Below, in pieces: positions 1 through 11,690 of a DNA stretch of 38,832 bases. The notes under the pieces were generated by a model. The model was given only the letters and a program-made list of their open reading frames with translations, was not told where the DNA came from and ran no database searches. Position 1 is the stretch's first letter; every line of letters starts with the position of its first letter. A program made the translations under genes and the position numbers. The stretch lies in assembly GCF_006345805.1 (NCBI RefSeq), contig NW_021835741.1:1-38832 (forward strand). Reading direction: 5' to 3'. The DNA is from Octopus sinensis (Eukaryota).

Positions 1-84
1 GTGCTGGTATACACGTTATAATGCACACACGTATACACGTATATATGCACACACTCACACACAAACACACGCAAAGTGGTAGCG

Positions 85-310
85 CATGTATGAGCATATA
101 TACAAACATACATGCATGCAGCATACATACATACATACATACATACATACATACATACATACACAAACATCATGCATGCATACAACATACATACATACAT
201 ACATACATACATACATACATACATACATACATCCATACATAGAGGTAGAAGCGAGACAGAGAGACAGACAGAGGCACAGAGAATAGATAGCCTGGAGAGA
301 TCGATCGATC

Positions 311-344
<34 letters not shown>

Positions 345-520
345 AGAAGATAAAATAGATAGATGATGCATACATACATGTCATACATGCATACATGCAT
401 ACATACATGCATACATAATACATACATACATGCATACATACATGCATACTACATACATACATACCACATGCATACATGCATACATACATGCTACATACAT
501 ACATGCATACATACATACAA
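85..520. repeat. Compound (TACA)n/(GATA)n microsatellite
   Basis: Direct reading: catacatac arrays interrupted by a gata array. Confidence 0.95.
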
Positions 521-849
521 ATGTGCAAATATCGATTTGCCGAGGGCACAGAGGCGAGGATGAGTGAGTGATGAAGGTGACGCTATCAGTGAATATATAA
601 AGTAGGTTGTGTGGTGAGGGGGTAAGTTATTGAAGGATGACTGAGGTGAAATATGATGGGGCAGGAAAAATTAAAGGGTCTTGGAAGAGATGGGTGGTGA
701 TAGCAGTGGTGGTGGTGGGGTAATGGTGATGGTCACGGCGGCGGTGGTGGTAATGGTGATGGTCATTATAATGGTGACGGTGAGGCAATGTTGGTTGAAT
801 ATGGAAGAGAATATAATGAAGAGAAAGGGTTAGTGGAGGGGCAAGAGGA

Positions 850-1215
850 AAACGAATTAGTTGTTGAAGAAGAAGAAGAAGAAGAAGAAGAAGAGGGGGA
901 GGGAGATGAGGGAAGAAGAAGAAGAAGAAGAAGAAGAAGAAAAGAAGAAGAAGAAGAAGAAGAAGAAGAAGAAGGGGGGAGGGAGATGAGGGGAAGAAGA
1001 AGAAGAAGAAGAAGAAGGAGGAGAAGAAGAAAAAGAAGAAGAAAAAGAAGAAGAAGAAGAAGAAGAAGGGGAGGAGGAGGAGGAGGAGGAGAAGAAGAAG
1101 AAAAAGAAGAAGAAGAACAACAACAACAACAGCAACAACAACAACAACAAGAACAAGAAGAAGAACAAGAAGAACAAGAAGAAGAACAAGAACAAGAAGA
1201 ACAAGAAGAAGAAAA
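850..1215. repeat. (GAA)n/(GGA)n/(CAA)n purine-rich triplet array
   Basis: Long gaagaa, gaggag and caacaa runs; source of the poly-E/R/F ORFs. Confidence 0.95.
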
Positions 1216-1499
1216 CGTATTATAATGATGTCTTTGTAGAAGCAATTGGTCGCCATATTTTTTCTTTAGTTTTTTGTGTGTACGTTGTATAGCTGGCTTG
1301 TATTAGACAGTGATAGATGTTGTCTGGTGAACGGTGAGTGGTTCTGGGCGGTGGGGGTGGTGGTGGTGGTGGTGGTGTCAGGGCCGAGTGCATGTCATCA
1401 ATTCTGTGACTAATTCCTGTGCTGGGACTAAAGGAGCTTTCTTCTTGCTGCATCATTGGCCCGAGGCATCGTTAGGGAATTCAACTGCATTATGGGAAG

Positions 1500-1625
1500 T
1501 GTGTGTGTTTGTGTGTGTGCCTGTGTTTGTGTGTATGTGTTTATGTGTGCGTGTGTATGTTGTGTGTGTGTGCGTTTGTATGCGTGGTTGTTTGTGTGTG
1601 TGTGTTGTGTGTGTGTGTGTGTGTG
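1500..1625. repeat. Degenerate (GT)n
   Basis: Direct reading. Confidence 0.9.
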
Positions 1626-1689
1626 GTGCAATCAGGGCACTGTGTTGGTCAAGCAAGAAACGGTGGTAACCGTGTAGACAGCGGAGGTG

Positions 1690-2545
1690 CCGGCGACAGC
1701 GATAGTAGTGGTGTCGATGATGGTAGTGGCGGCTGGCAGTAACGGCAGCGGTGGCTGCAGTGGCAGTGACCGTAGCGACGTGGTATCGGTGGCGGCAGCA
1801 GCAGCAGTGGTGGTAGCAGTAGTGGCGCTGACGATGGCGCAGGTGGCGGTGGCGGTGGCAGCAGCGGCGATGGTAATGGGAGGGGTGACATCGACGATGG
1901 TGGTGACGGCGCTATTGGACACAGTGGTAAGGGCAGAATGGTGGAGGTGAAATGGTTGCAGGGCTGACAAAGGTTGGGAAGTATGACTGAAGGTTGTAGT
2001 GTAAGATATGGTGGAGAGGGTAGAACATAATAATGGTGAGGAGAAAAAAACGGTTGTAGTATGACGGCCGTGAACTGAGGGAGGCGTTGAGAAGATTTGT
2101 GATGGTTTGTATCGTGGGGTTTATGGTAGTTGAGGTGATGGGGTGGTGTTGATACTGCAATTGTAATGGTTGCGCTAGTGGTGGTGGTGGTGGTGGTGCT
2201 GCTGCTGCTGCTGGTGCTGGTGGTGCTGGTGGTGGTGTTGGTGCTGGTGGTGGTGCTGGTGGTGGTGCTGCTGCTGGTGGTGGTGCTGGTGGTGCTGGTT
2301 GTGGTGTTGGTGGTGGTGGAGCTAGTGATGGTAGTGCTGGTGGTGCTGGTAGTGGTGGTGGTGGTGGTGGTGGTGATTGTTCGAATGGTGGTTGTGGCTA
2401 TGGTCGTGGTGATAATTGTAGTGATGGATGTGGTGATGGTTGTGCTGGTGATTGTATCAGTGGTTGAGGTGAAAGATTTGGTGGTTGTGGTGCTGCTGCT
2501 GCTGCTCGGTGTTGGTGGCGGCAGCGGTCCTGGTGGAGTATTGTA
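1690..2545. repeat. GC-rich (GGT/GCT/GCA)n low-complexity tract
   Basis: ggtggtgctggt-type degenerate triplets, densest at 2170-2520. Confidence 0.85.
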
Positions 2546-2672
2546 GGAGTAAGAGAGAGAAACAGAGAGAGTTGTGGATGGTAGTGAATCAGTACAGTGT
2601 ACACACACGTACACACATACAAATACACACATATATTCGGACGCGCAGAAAGATACAAAGACGGTCATACAT

Positions 2673-2674
<2 letters not shown>

Positions 2675-2738
<64 letters not shown>

Positions 2739-2790
2739 CTCTTCATCTCTCTCCTTCTCTTTACACACACCATACACACACACACACACA
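2675..2790. repeat. (CT)n and (CA)n
   Basis: Direct reading. Confidence 0.95.
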
Positions 2791-3059
2791 CTTACACTAA
2801 TGCAGACAGGTCATTGCCACCGGCCGTAAGGTCTCCTCTACTTACAAGTCATCAGTTATTGTTGAGATACAAAGCACAGTCTCAGCCACTCACATTCTTT
2901 AACTTGTCCTGCGCAGTCAACACAGCACTCAGCCCAACAGCAATTGACCCCTACTACGCCTCTTTCCTATTGATGCCTTTTTTTCAATGCGTAATGCATA
3001 GATGCATCTATCTCTTTATGTTCCCCTCGATCTGTTCCTTTGTTAGATTGGTAAGATCG

Positions 3060-3461
<402 letters not shown>

Positions 3462-4002
3462 GTGGTAACTAGGTAACAAAGGCCCATCCTTACTTCGTTT
3501 GACTGAGAGTACTCAGTAACTAATTCGAGTTATTCACTGAACTAATTAGATATTTGTTGTGGCTATGACCATTTGCGTATGTGGAATACAATGGCGAGAA
3601 TGAATCTCAAATGTTGCCATGCAAAGAAAATATATGGGTATATTTATCACTCTTCGAGGACATCTAGGTGTTTCTGTGTCAATTTGTTTCTTCAGCCGGT
3701 GTAGAAAGTGAGCATTTTCCGGTGAAAGCTTGCTATAAATGGTACACATTCGCACACGTATATACACACGCACATACAAGCATACAAACTTATACTTATC
3801 TGTATACTTGTATATATACCTTACATGTATATGTTTGTGTGTATATAGATCTCCTATGGAACGGTGGATCTCGAAGCAAATAACGCTGTAAATGGGATTT
3901 CTACATTCATATTAGCATGTAATCTTCTATTTATAATATTCACACCGTAGAGTAGTAACTGTATATAGTTAATGCATTATGCCGCTAGACGCAATTTTAT
4001 CT

Positions 4003-4050
<48 letters not shown>

Positions 4051-4051
<1 letters not shown>

Positions 4052-4254
4052 TAACGGGAAGGTTTACGAAAATAAACAAAAGACGAAGGCAGGTGGAGTA
4101 CAAACAAACAAATGTATTAGTATGGCGCTCAGGAATAGAAATAGAACAAGTCTTTTACGTTTCGAGCCTACGCTCTTCGACAGAAAGATACACAGAAAAA
4201 AAAACAAGGAGAGAAAAAATGTGTGTAGGAGCTAACGATCTAACATGGCGTTTA
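4051..4254 (-). mobile_element. Short non-coding HHR-bearing element (retrozyme-like or PLE-derived), flanked by (TA)n on both sides
   Basis: Similar sequences at 26991-27100, 29030-29250 and 37560-37740; contains a minimal HHR and the motif TGAGCGCCATACTAATAC. Confidence 0.65.
4151..4188 (-). ncRNA. Minimal type I hammerhead ribozyme, core variant CUGUCGA
   Basis: Minus strand TCTTT-CTGTCGA-A-GAGC-GTAG-GCTC-GAAA-C-GTA-AAAGA: stem I 5 bp, stem II 4 bp, palindromic ACGT stem III, GUA cleavage triplet. Confidence 0.7.
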
Positions 4255-4712
4255 TATATATATATAAGACAGAGATGAGGTGGGGATCGTTTTTTCTTGT
4301 ATACAGCCATAAAACATTATAATCGAGCCGCTCGAATAATTCTAATTAACCGCCCAGGAGTGCCGCTGTACTTTTTGTGTTCTACGAGACTGTCTCATTT
4401 TTTATGACTTTATTTAATATATCTTTATCAGAGTAAGAATAGTATCAGTTCATTGCATACTTGTCAAAATATTTTTTTATTTTTTTTTATTTTATATAAG
4501 TGTTTTATTTATATTGGTCCATTACCTATATAAAAAAAAGTAACTGTATCCATTCTTTGTCATTCCAAACCACGAATCACTGTATGCAACCAGATACAGG
4601 CAAATAATGACATGCAATATACTAGAACCAAACGAAACCAAGTTTATTGAGCAAGGTACCTTTTGAAAGACATCTGCACCAAAAGATGCACCACAACCAG
4701 TTGTACAGTATC

Positions 4713-4759
4713 TCATCCGTGAGGGACCGGTGCAAGATGGGTCGAAACGATCGTTGTGA
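4713..4759 (+). ncRNA. Degenerate HHR-like motif
   Basis: TCAT-CCGTGA-GG-GACC..GGTC-GAAACGATCGTT-GTGA; the GAAA half and stems are present but the CUGANGA box is damaged. Confidence 0.4.
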
Positions 4760-4847
4760 TTAATAGTCTCAAGAATTCTATTTTCTGTTTCTCTTATTTG
4801 TTATACACACACATGTATGTATGTATTATGTATGTATGGATGTATGT

Positions 4848-5230
4848 GGAGGCGCAATGGCCCAGTGGTTAGGGCAGCGGACTCGCGGTCATAGGATCGC
4901 GGTTTCGATTCCCAGACCGGGCGTTGTGAGTGTTTATTGAGTGAAAACACCTAAAGCTCCACGAGGCTCCGGCAGGGGATGGTGGTGATCCCTGCTGTAC
5001 TTTTTCACCACAACTTTCTCTCACTCTTACTTCCTGTTTCTGTTGTACCTGTATTTCAAAGGGCCGGCCTTGTCACTCTCTGTGTCACGCTGAATATCCC
5101 CGAGAACTACGTTAAGGGTACACGTGTCTGTGGAGTGCTCAGCCACTTACACGTTAATTTCACGAGCAGGCTGTTCTGTTGATTCGGATCAACCGGAACC
5201 CTCGTCGTCGTAACCGATGGAGTGCTTCCA
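4848..5230 (+). mobile_element. tRNA-derived SINE, apparently full length
   Basis: tRNA-like head with A-box TGGCCCAGTGG and B-box-like GGTTTCGATTCC, then a unique body; inserted in a (TATG)n tract. Confidence 0.85.
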
Positions 5231-5321
5231 TATTCCATATTTCCATATGGATGTATGTTTTCATGTATGTATGCCTAAATATATTAGTATGCCTAGTAAT
5301 CAAAATATTTTTTATTTATAA

Positions 5322-5838
5322 AGTGACCGAGAGGACAATGACTCTCAGAAATTTTCACGATCCAGATACCTTATTGAATTCAAAAACGGTAATTTTTAGC
5401 CAGTGCCCTTATGATTGAAAATTTGATTTAGTAAGTGCCCTCATGGCAGAAAATTTGTTTGGATGTCCTCGTTTGTGGATTTGTGAACGATAAACGTTCA
5501 GAAACTGACCGAACACAAATGAACTGGTTCAAAAAAAAAAGGTAATTCTGTTTCTTTAAGAATGTTTTATTTTTTCCGTTTCAGAGCATTTTTTCGTCTC
5601 ATTTTTTTCACCACGAAACTGATGCACCAAAAGAAGCACCACAACCAGTATCTCATCCGTGAGGGACCGGTGCAAGATGGGTCGAAACGATCGTTGTGAT
5701 TAATAATCTCAAGAATTCTATTTTGTTTCTCTTATTTGTTATACACACACATGTATGTATGTATGTATGTATGTATGTATGTATGTATGTATGCCTAAAT
5801 ATATTAGTATGCCTGGTAATCAAAATATTTTTTATTTG
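5322..5838 (+). mobile_element. Penelope-like element 3' end (endonuclease C-terminus, 3' UTR, HHR-like motif)
   Basis: 5322-5622 is highly similar to 17737-18009 and encodes FHDPDTLLNSKTVIFSQCPYD, resembling the PLE C-terminal LNKRxELxSKCRH motif. Confidence 0.7.
5653..5699 (+). ncRNA. Degenerate HHR-like motif (copy of 4713-4759)
   Basis: Identical sequence, offset 940 bp. Confidence 0.4.
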
Positions 5839-6161
5839 TAAATTGTTATAGATTGCTCAATAAATGTCACTATAGAGCTACGTAAATCTATGCACAATTG
5901 TACATTTATATATAGTAGGAACAACATTATATGCAGTGTGCATCTTAAATATCTCGTGAATTTTGCCCCAGAATTTAGTTCTAAAGTTTCGCTTGTTTCA
6001 CACAATCTTTGGTGGGAAAAAATGAGATTTTATACTCGCGTAACCACTAGTTATGACTCTTGTTATTTAGCATAGGGTTAGCCCTGATTAAGTATTTCTG
6101 CGATCAAATGTGTTCCTGTCATAGCCATCAGTTCTTTTTTTTATTTAACCATCCTCTTTTT

Positions 6162-6189
6162 TATACTATCACATGCTTTTATCTATCTG

Positions 6190-6249
<60 letters not shown>

Positions 6250-6371
6250 ATACTGTCACATGCTTTTATCTATCTATCTTATACTGTCACATGCTTTTAT
6301 CTATCTATCTTATACTGTCACATGCTTTTATCTATCTATCTTATACTGTCACATGCTTTTATCTATCTATC
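6162..6371. repeat. 31-bp minisatellite, 5 copies (TATACTGTCACATGCTTTTATCTATCTATCT)
   Basis: Units start at 6249, 6280, 6311 and 6342; a first unit at 6162 has an expanded (TCTA)n. Confidence 0.95.
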
Positions 6372-6574
6372 AAACTAATTAACTAAGTAACTAACTAACA
6401 AACTAATACACTAACCAAGAAACAAAGAAAAGGGAACGGAAAGAGATATGTGCATTGAAAAAGAGCAACAATAGAAAGATGGCGTGGTAAGGATCAATAG
6501 TTTGTTTAAAACAACGATGTAGATATAAGAGAAATTTGCTTACTGATTCTATTAGGTCGACCGACTATTTAAAG

Positions 6575-6882
6575 CAGTGTTTCTCAACCATTTTTTACCT
6601 ATGGACCTCTTTGATTCATATTTTACTTGGATGGACCCCACTAGCCAGTCGATGTTTTAAAAAAATAATATTATATTTTTATAATTAAATATCATTTGGA
6701 ATTGTATTAAAAACTATGAAAATATTTTGTGAATTGTAGAAGTATAATAAATTTATTGCAGATAAATTTTAATAACAAAATCTTCTCCGGACCCCCAAAG
6801 GCTATATGGGGCCCCAATGACCATATTGACCCCAAAGGCCATATGTACTCCCAATGGCCATATGGACCCCCAAGAAGCACTG
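6575..6882. mobile_element. hAT (Charlie-like) MITE, 308 bp
   Basis: Termini CAGTGTTTCT...AGAAGCACTG; perfect 8-bp TSD ATTTAAAG at 6567-6574 and 6883-6890; subterminal GGACCCC-like repeats. Confidence 0.85.
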
Positions 6883-7029
6883 ATTTAAAGGCTATTTTGT
6901 TGGTTTGAATATAATAGTAGCTCGGAGTAACGTGAATCTCATAGGAGAAGATAAAACAAGGCATTTTTTTCCTAAATAACTGCAAATTACTAACATTTTA
7001 CAGTGCTTAACTAATTCTAATCAAAGACT

Positions 7030-7033
7030 GAGA

Positions 7034-7112
<79 letters not shown>
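7030..7112. repeat. (TA)n
   Basis: Direct reading. Confidence 0.95.
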
Positions 7113-7114
<2 letters not shown>

Positions 7115-7499
7115 TCAGTATGTACTTAGTATGCACAATATATGTAAGGGTTTGGCGTGTGCGTATTTGTATTGATTATGTATAGGTATGCTCAGGTACG
7201 TGTGTGGGCGTTGCATATGTATGAGAGTGCACGCACGTTAGTATTGTGCGCATCAGATAAATTCATTCAGCTAAATTCCATTAGTCATTCATTATTATGT
7301 ATATTGCCTTTATGTTTTTACACTCCTTTAGTTGCCTTCTACGACCATTGATCCAACCTCTCATCCATACGACCAGCCACTCATCCAACCAGTCAAACCA
7401 ACCAGACAGACAGACAAACAGACAAATACTCAAGCATAGATGAAACAAAAAAAAATAAATATTGATTTATGACAATGTTATGGACCGCACATGATGAGG

Positions 7500-7652
7500 G
7501 AGTTTAGCCGATGAAATTGATTTTATGGTAACCGAAGGAAAAGCAAGGTCAACCTGAATGGGATTTTAACTCGAAGCAAACCAATGGAATTTGAATTCGG
7601 GCCGTACCTAAATACGGAAAAAGATTTAGTTCATTGTTCTACTGGTTTCGCC
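7500..7652 (-). mobile_element. Degraded SINE remnant
   Basis: Reverse complement resembles the ttcaaattcc..gtcgactttgcctttc..ttcgg segment at 20680-20740. Confidence 0.45.
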
Positions 7653-7659
7653 ATATAAG

Positions 7660-7666
7660 GCTCATA

Positions 7667-7704
<38 letters not shown>

Positions 7705-7837
7705 TAATAATAATAATAATTATATAATAATAATAATAATAATATAATAATAATAATAATAATAATAATATAATAATAATAATAATAATGATAACAATGA
7801 TAATAATGATGATAATAAAATAATAATAATAATAATA

Positions 7838-7869
<32 letters not shown>

Positions 7870-7883
7870 TAATAATAATAATG

Positions 7884-7945
<62 letters not shown>
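7660..7945. repeat. (AAT)n array
   Basis: Direct reading. Confidence 0.95.
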
Positions 7946-7946
<1 letters not shown>

Positions 7947-8500
7947 CCCTGATGCAGTACCAGGCAGTGGCTCTCATGGCTTCTGATCTTAACTGATTGG
8001 AAGTGTTATCATGTACATTGTTTTGTCTTGGTATAAAAGATGGGCTACAGCAAATATTCTGCTCAATACCACAGATTTGCTTGTCAGTTGTTTGACCTTA
8101 ACCAGTTGAGCATGTCCCTTAGTGGCTGACGATATGTGCATCTCTGATCACGAGCAGAAGTAGTGGGGGAGCATCATAGCCATGTGTTGAGAGGGATTCT
8201 TTGGGGTTTGAATAATTCACCTCTGGAAACATGGGTGGTTCTTTCAACATCCTTAAACAATCCTTATTCAGGGACCTTTTGAGCGGGATGGGCTACTCAA
8301 CCTGAAGAAAATTCTAACTGGGCCCCCACCTGCAAGGTCATGTGCTGTTTATCTTGATATGAGATCACCATGTCGCGCACATATGGTTGTGATGCATGTG
8401 CCTGGTGTACCTTTATCAGACGGGTAGTCATGATGGGTATATTGGGCTTCGTATATTTTACCCCAGTGTCACTTTGATGGCATGCACTGCTCTCTCACTC
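7946..8500. mobile_element. 555-bp non-coding interspersed element embedded in (AAT)n
   Basis: Sharp boundaries with AAT repeats on both sides; no ORF and no terminal inverted repeats seen. Confidence 0.55.
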
Positions 8501-8527
8501 AATAATAATAATAATAATAATAATAGC

Positions 8528-9630
8528 ATCATTAAATGGAATCTTACAGAACTCCAACGCCTGGACAGGAAGACAAGAAAATGCAGCACCCAAAAGCAGA
8601 CGTTGACCGTTTGTACCTACCTAGAAGTAATGGGGAAAGAGGAATGATGCAGGTAGAACTGTGCTGTAGGACCTCCACAATAGCGATGAACAAGTACTAG
8701 TCTAGTACAGAGGACTGGATGCTGCGGCTTGCGTGCAAACACGAAATCAGCAAAAGTCACATTTTATTGTCAAGGAAGCTTACAAATTCTCAAGGGAACT
8801 TGGCATTAATCCTGAATTAGATGAAGAACCTGAAACCACTGCCACAGAAACAAAGCAAAATGGATCAAACAGACTGCAAAAAAGAATGATAAGAAACAAA
8901 TTGAGGAGCGGTGGAGCCAGAAGCCTCTGCATGGATAGTATATACTTCGAAACCGAAGTGCTGATGTAGACCAAGCAACAACCCATCACTGGCTGAGAAG
9001 CTCAGGACTGAAAGCAAAGACTGAAGCTTTCATATTGGCGGCACAAGATCAAATCTTGCTTACCAAAAACTACCAGGTTAACGTTCTTCAAAACAGTTCT
9101 GACCCTAAATGCAGAATCTGTGATAAATTTGAAGAAACTAAAGACCATCTCGTGTCAGGATGTCCTGTGCTGACACCAAACGAATACAAAGATCACCACG
9201 ATAAGGGAGGACAGTATTTACATTGAAAAATATGTAAGCACTACAAAATCAGCACTCCTTCTTACTGGTATGAACATCATCCTGAGCCAGTCGTTGAAGG
9301 TAAAAATGTCACTATCCTCTGGGATTTTCCAGTCGACACCGACAGAACGATCCAAGATAATCGACCAGACATAGTCATTAAAGACGGAAAAGAAAATACT
9401 TGGAGACTACTGATAAAAATATGTCTGTAAATTGAAATACAAAAGATGTGGCATCTTAAAGTGATAACTGTTCCTTTTATTGTGGACGCCCTCGGTATGA
9501 TAAGAAAGGGATGTCAGAAACATATAGATAATATCCCAGGAGAACCATGTCTCAGAGAAATCCAAAATATTGTGCTGACAAGTACTGCCCACATCCTCAG
9601 AAAACCCTGTCAATTTAAATGTATCTGTTG
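8528..9630 (+). mobile_element. 5'-truncated, decayed R4/Dong-like non-LTR retrotransposon (post-RT region, CCHC knuckle, RLE)
   Basis: Translations across frameshifts: HPKADVDRLYLPRSNGERG, LKAKTEAFILAAQDQ, CRICDKFEETKDHLVSGC, WDFPVDTDRTIQDNRPDIVI, STAHILRK; stops and an internal deletion in the RLE. Confidence 0.88.
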
Positions 9631-9859
9631 TATTACATGAAGATATTTCGCTACTGCCCCTGCCACTTCCCCTCCCCAAGCTTTCAGTCATACTGTAACA
9701 TCTCTTATCTTCACTCGCCCAAAGATACTGTACGTGTCTCAGCGAGTGATTTATTATCATCATCATCATCATCATCGTCGTGTGTTGTGTGTGTGTGCGC
9801 ACCGCACGCGCGTTAACGGGCGAAAGAGACAAGAAGAAAGAAACAGAAACAAAGAGAAA

Positions 9860-9945
9860 GATGCTGTTGTTTAACCCCAGATCAGCGCTGTTCGACTGAC
9901 CTATGACGAAAGACGTTTCTGCCATGACCATTCCATTTATTATTC
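9860..9945. mobile_element. Degraded interspersed repeat remnant
   Basis: tgttgtttaacccca..gacctatga..ccatgacca resembles a common octopus repeat (recall only). Confidence 0.3.
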
Positions 9946-9991
9946 AGCAGCAGTGTACTCTTCCCACACTCACACATACACCACATATGAC

Positions 9992-10245
<254 letters not shown>

Positions 10246-10329
10246 CGCGCACGCAGAAATACACATAGACCTACACAAATACATTTGCATATATTTAACG
10301 TCAGTTTTTGGCAGGTCTTGATATAATTC

Positions 10330-10570
10330 TTAGATTGTATTTTTGGCATCCAGGAAGTTGAATTTCTTGAATGTTGTAATATTTTTGTATCCTGAGGTGC
10401 CAGCTACGCGCCAATTCGCACTTTTAGAATCATGAAACCATCATCTCTGTACATACTGACTCAATTAAAAGAGCTCTCCATTTCGTAGATCAGGAACAAG
10501 CCTAGCAATCTGCATCATTAGGCATGGACAAAAATTCCCATGGGGACATCAAAATTCTTGAAATTCCGCT
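10330..10570 (-). mobile_element. Highly decayed Penelope-like RT fragment
   Basis: Minus strand gives FDVPMG, MYRDDGFMILK and KFNFLDA in the expected order, with frameshifts. Confidence 0.65.
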
Positions 10571-11379
10571 TTAAACCCACAGCTGTATTGTTTGAAGTAA
10601 CTCTTCGGAAGGTATATTTCCAGGGCGTCAGAATTAAATAAACACGAAATCGCGTGAGCCTTTCAAGGAACTCAGTAGCGTTCATTGCACAGCCACACGG
10701 AATCCAGCCATCCATCACATCAAGAGGATAAGTGCAATCACGCTTACAGCAACGGACTGTCACTAGCCGATACTAAGAAAAAATAAGCTCTCACCAACAC
10801 CATTCCTAAACAACATTCCTAAAAATATTAGGAAAAGAAATTTTATATGACATAACTGACAGTTCAATTTTGGTGTATAAACACACACTGCAAATCATTT
10901 GCTCTTTCATTTGAAATCATTTCTATATCGGCCATACAAGAACAACATTAAATGTGAAATACAGTTGAGTGAAAAATGTCTAAAGTCATCAATAACCGCA
11001 ATGCAATACTACTGAAAACAAACGTAAAATAATTACTGGGCAGATGTCACCACCTGCAGCACATCAGTAAACTAGGTAAGATTACAGTGAATTTCTTGAA
11101 GAGTTACCTGCACTTGCACAACTATTTGTTCTAACATTGCTACCTAAAAATACACCGCAGCTCTTTCAGGGTATATTTGGAATACAGAGACTAAGGAGAG
11201 GCTAGCAGCATTTCATGAGCGTTGTGAGATACAGTAAAAGCATTTAAGAATGAATCAAATTCACATGACCTCTACCTCAAAGATATGCTCCAAGTCATAC
11301 ACTATCATTCAACAATTTTAAATAAGAAGTAAAAACAAAAAAACTGATCTTAATGTACACACAGAGAAATTAAAAAACA

Positions 11380-11690
11380 ATACGTGCGCGCACACGCACA
11401 TAAACACACACACATGAATGTGTGCGCGCACACACAAATACACACAAACACACATACACGTACACACAGAAACACACTCACACGCACTCACACACAGATA
11501 TATTGTATCCATATATGTGTCTGTGTGTATGTGTATACATGTGTCTGTATGAGTCTGTATGTGCATATACGTGCGCAAGTAAACGTGTACGTACGTTTGT
11601 AACATATATATGTACATGTGTATATATGTATATATACATATATATATATTTGTACTTGTGTATTTGTGCGCATGTGTGTGCAACCGCATG
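11380..11690. repeat. Degenerate (CA)/(TG)/(TA) low-complexity tract
   Basis: Direct reading. Confidence 0.85.

Larger units (their letters stand above)
4675..5317 (+). mobile_element. PLE 3'-tail copy 1 (tandem duplicate of 5623-5838), interrupted by a SINE
   Basis: 4675-4820 and about 5265-5317 are nearly identical to 5623-5838. Confidence 0.65.

Noticed and set aside
2840-2870. Minus-strand CTGATGA followed by a CTT/AAG pair
   Set aside because: No GAAA box downstream; probably a chance match.
4848-4920. tRNA gene
   Set aside because: A and B boxes are present, but there is no complete acceptor stem or terminator and it continues into a SINE body.
6162-6371. CRISPR-like array
   Set aside because: Units are directly adjacent with no unique spacers, and the context is eukaryotic.
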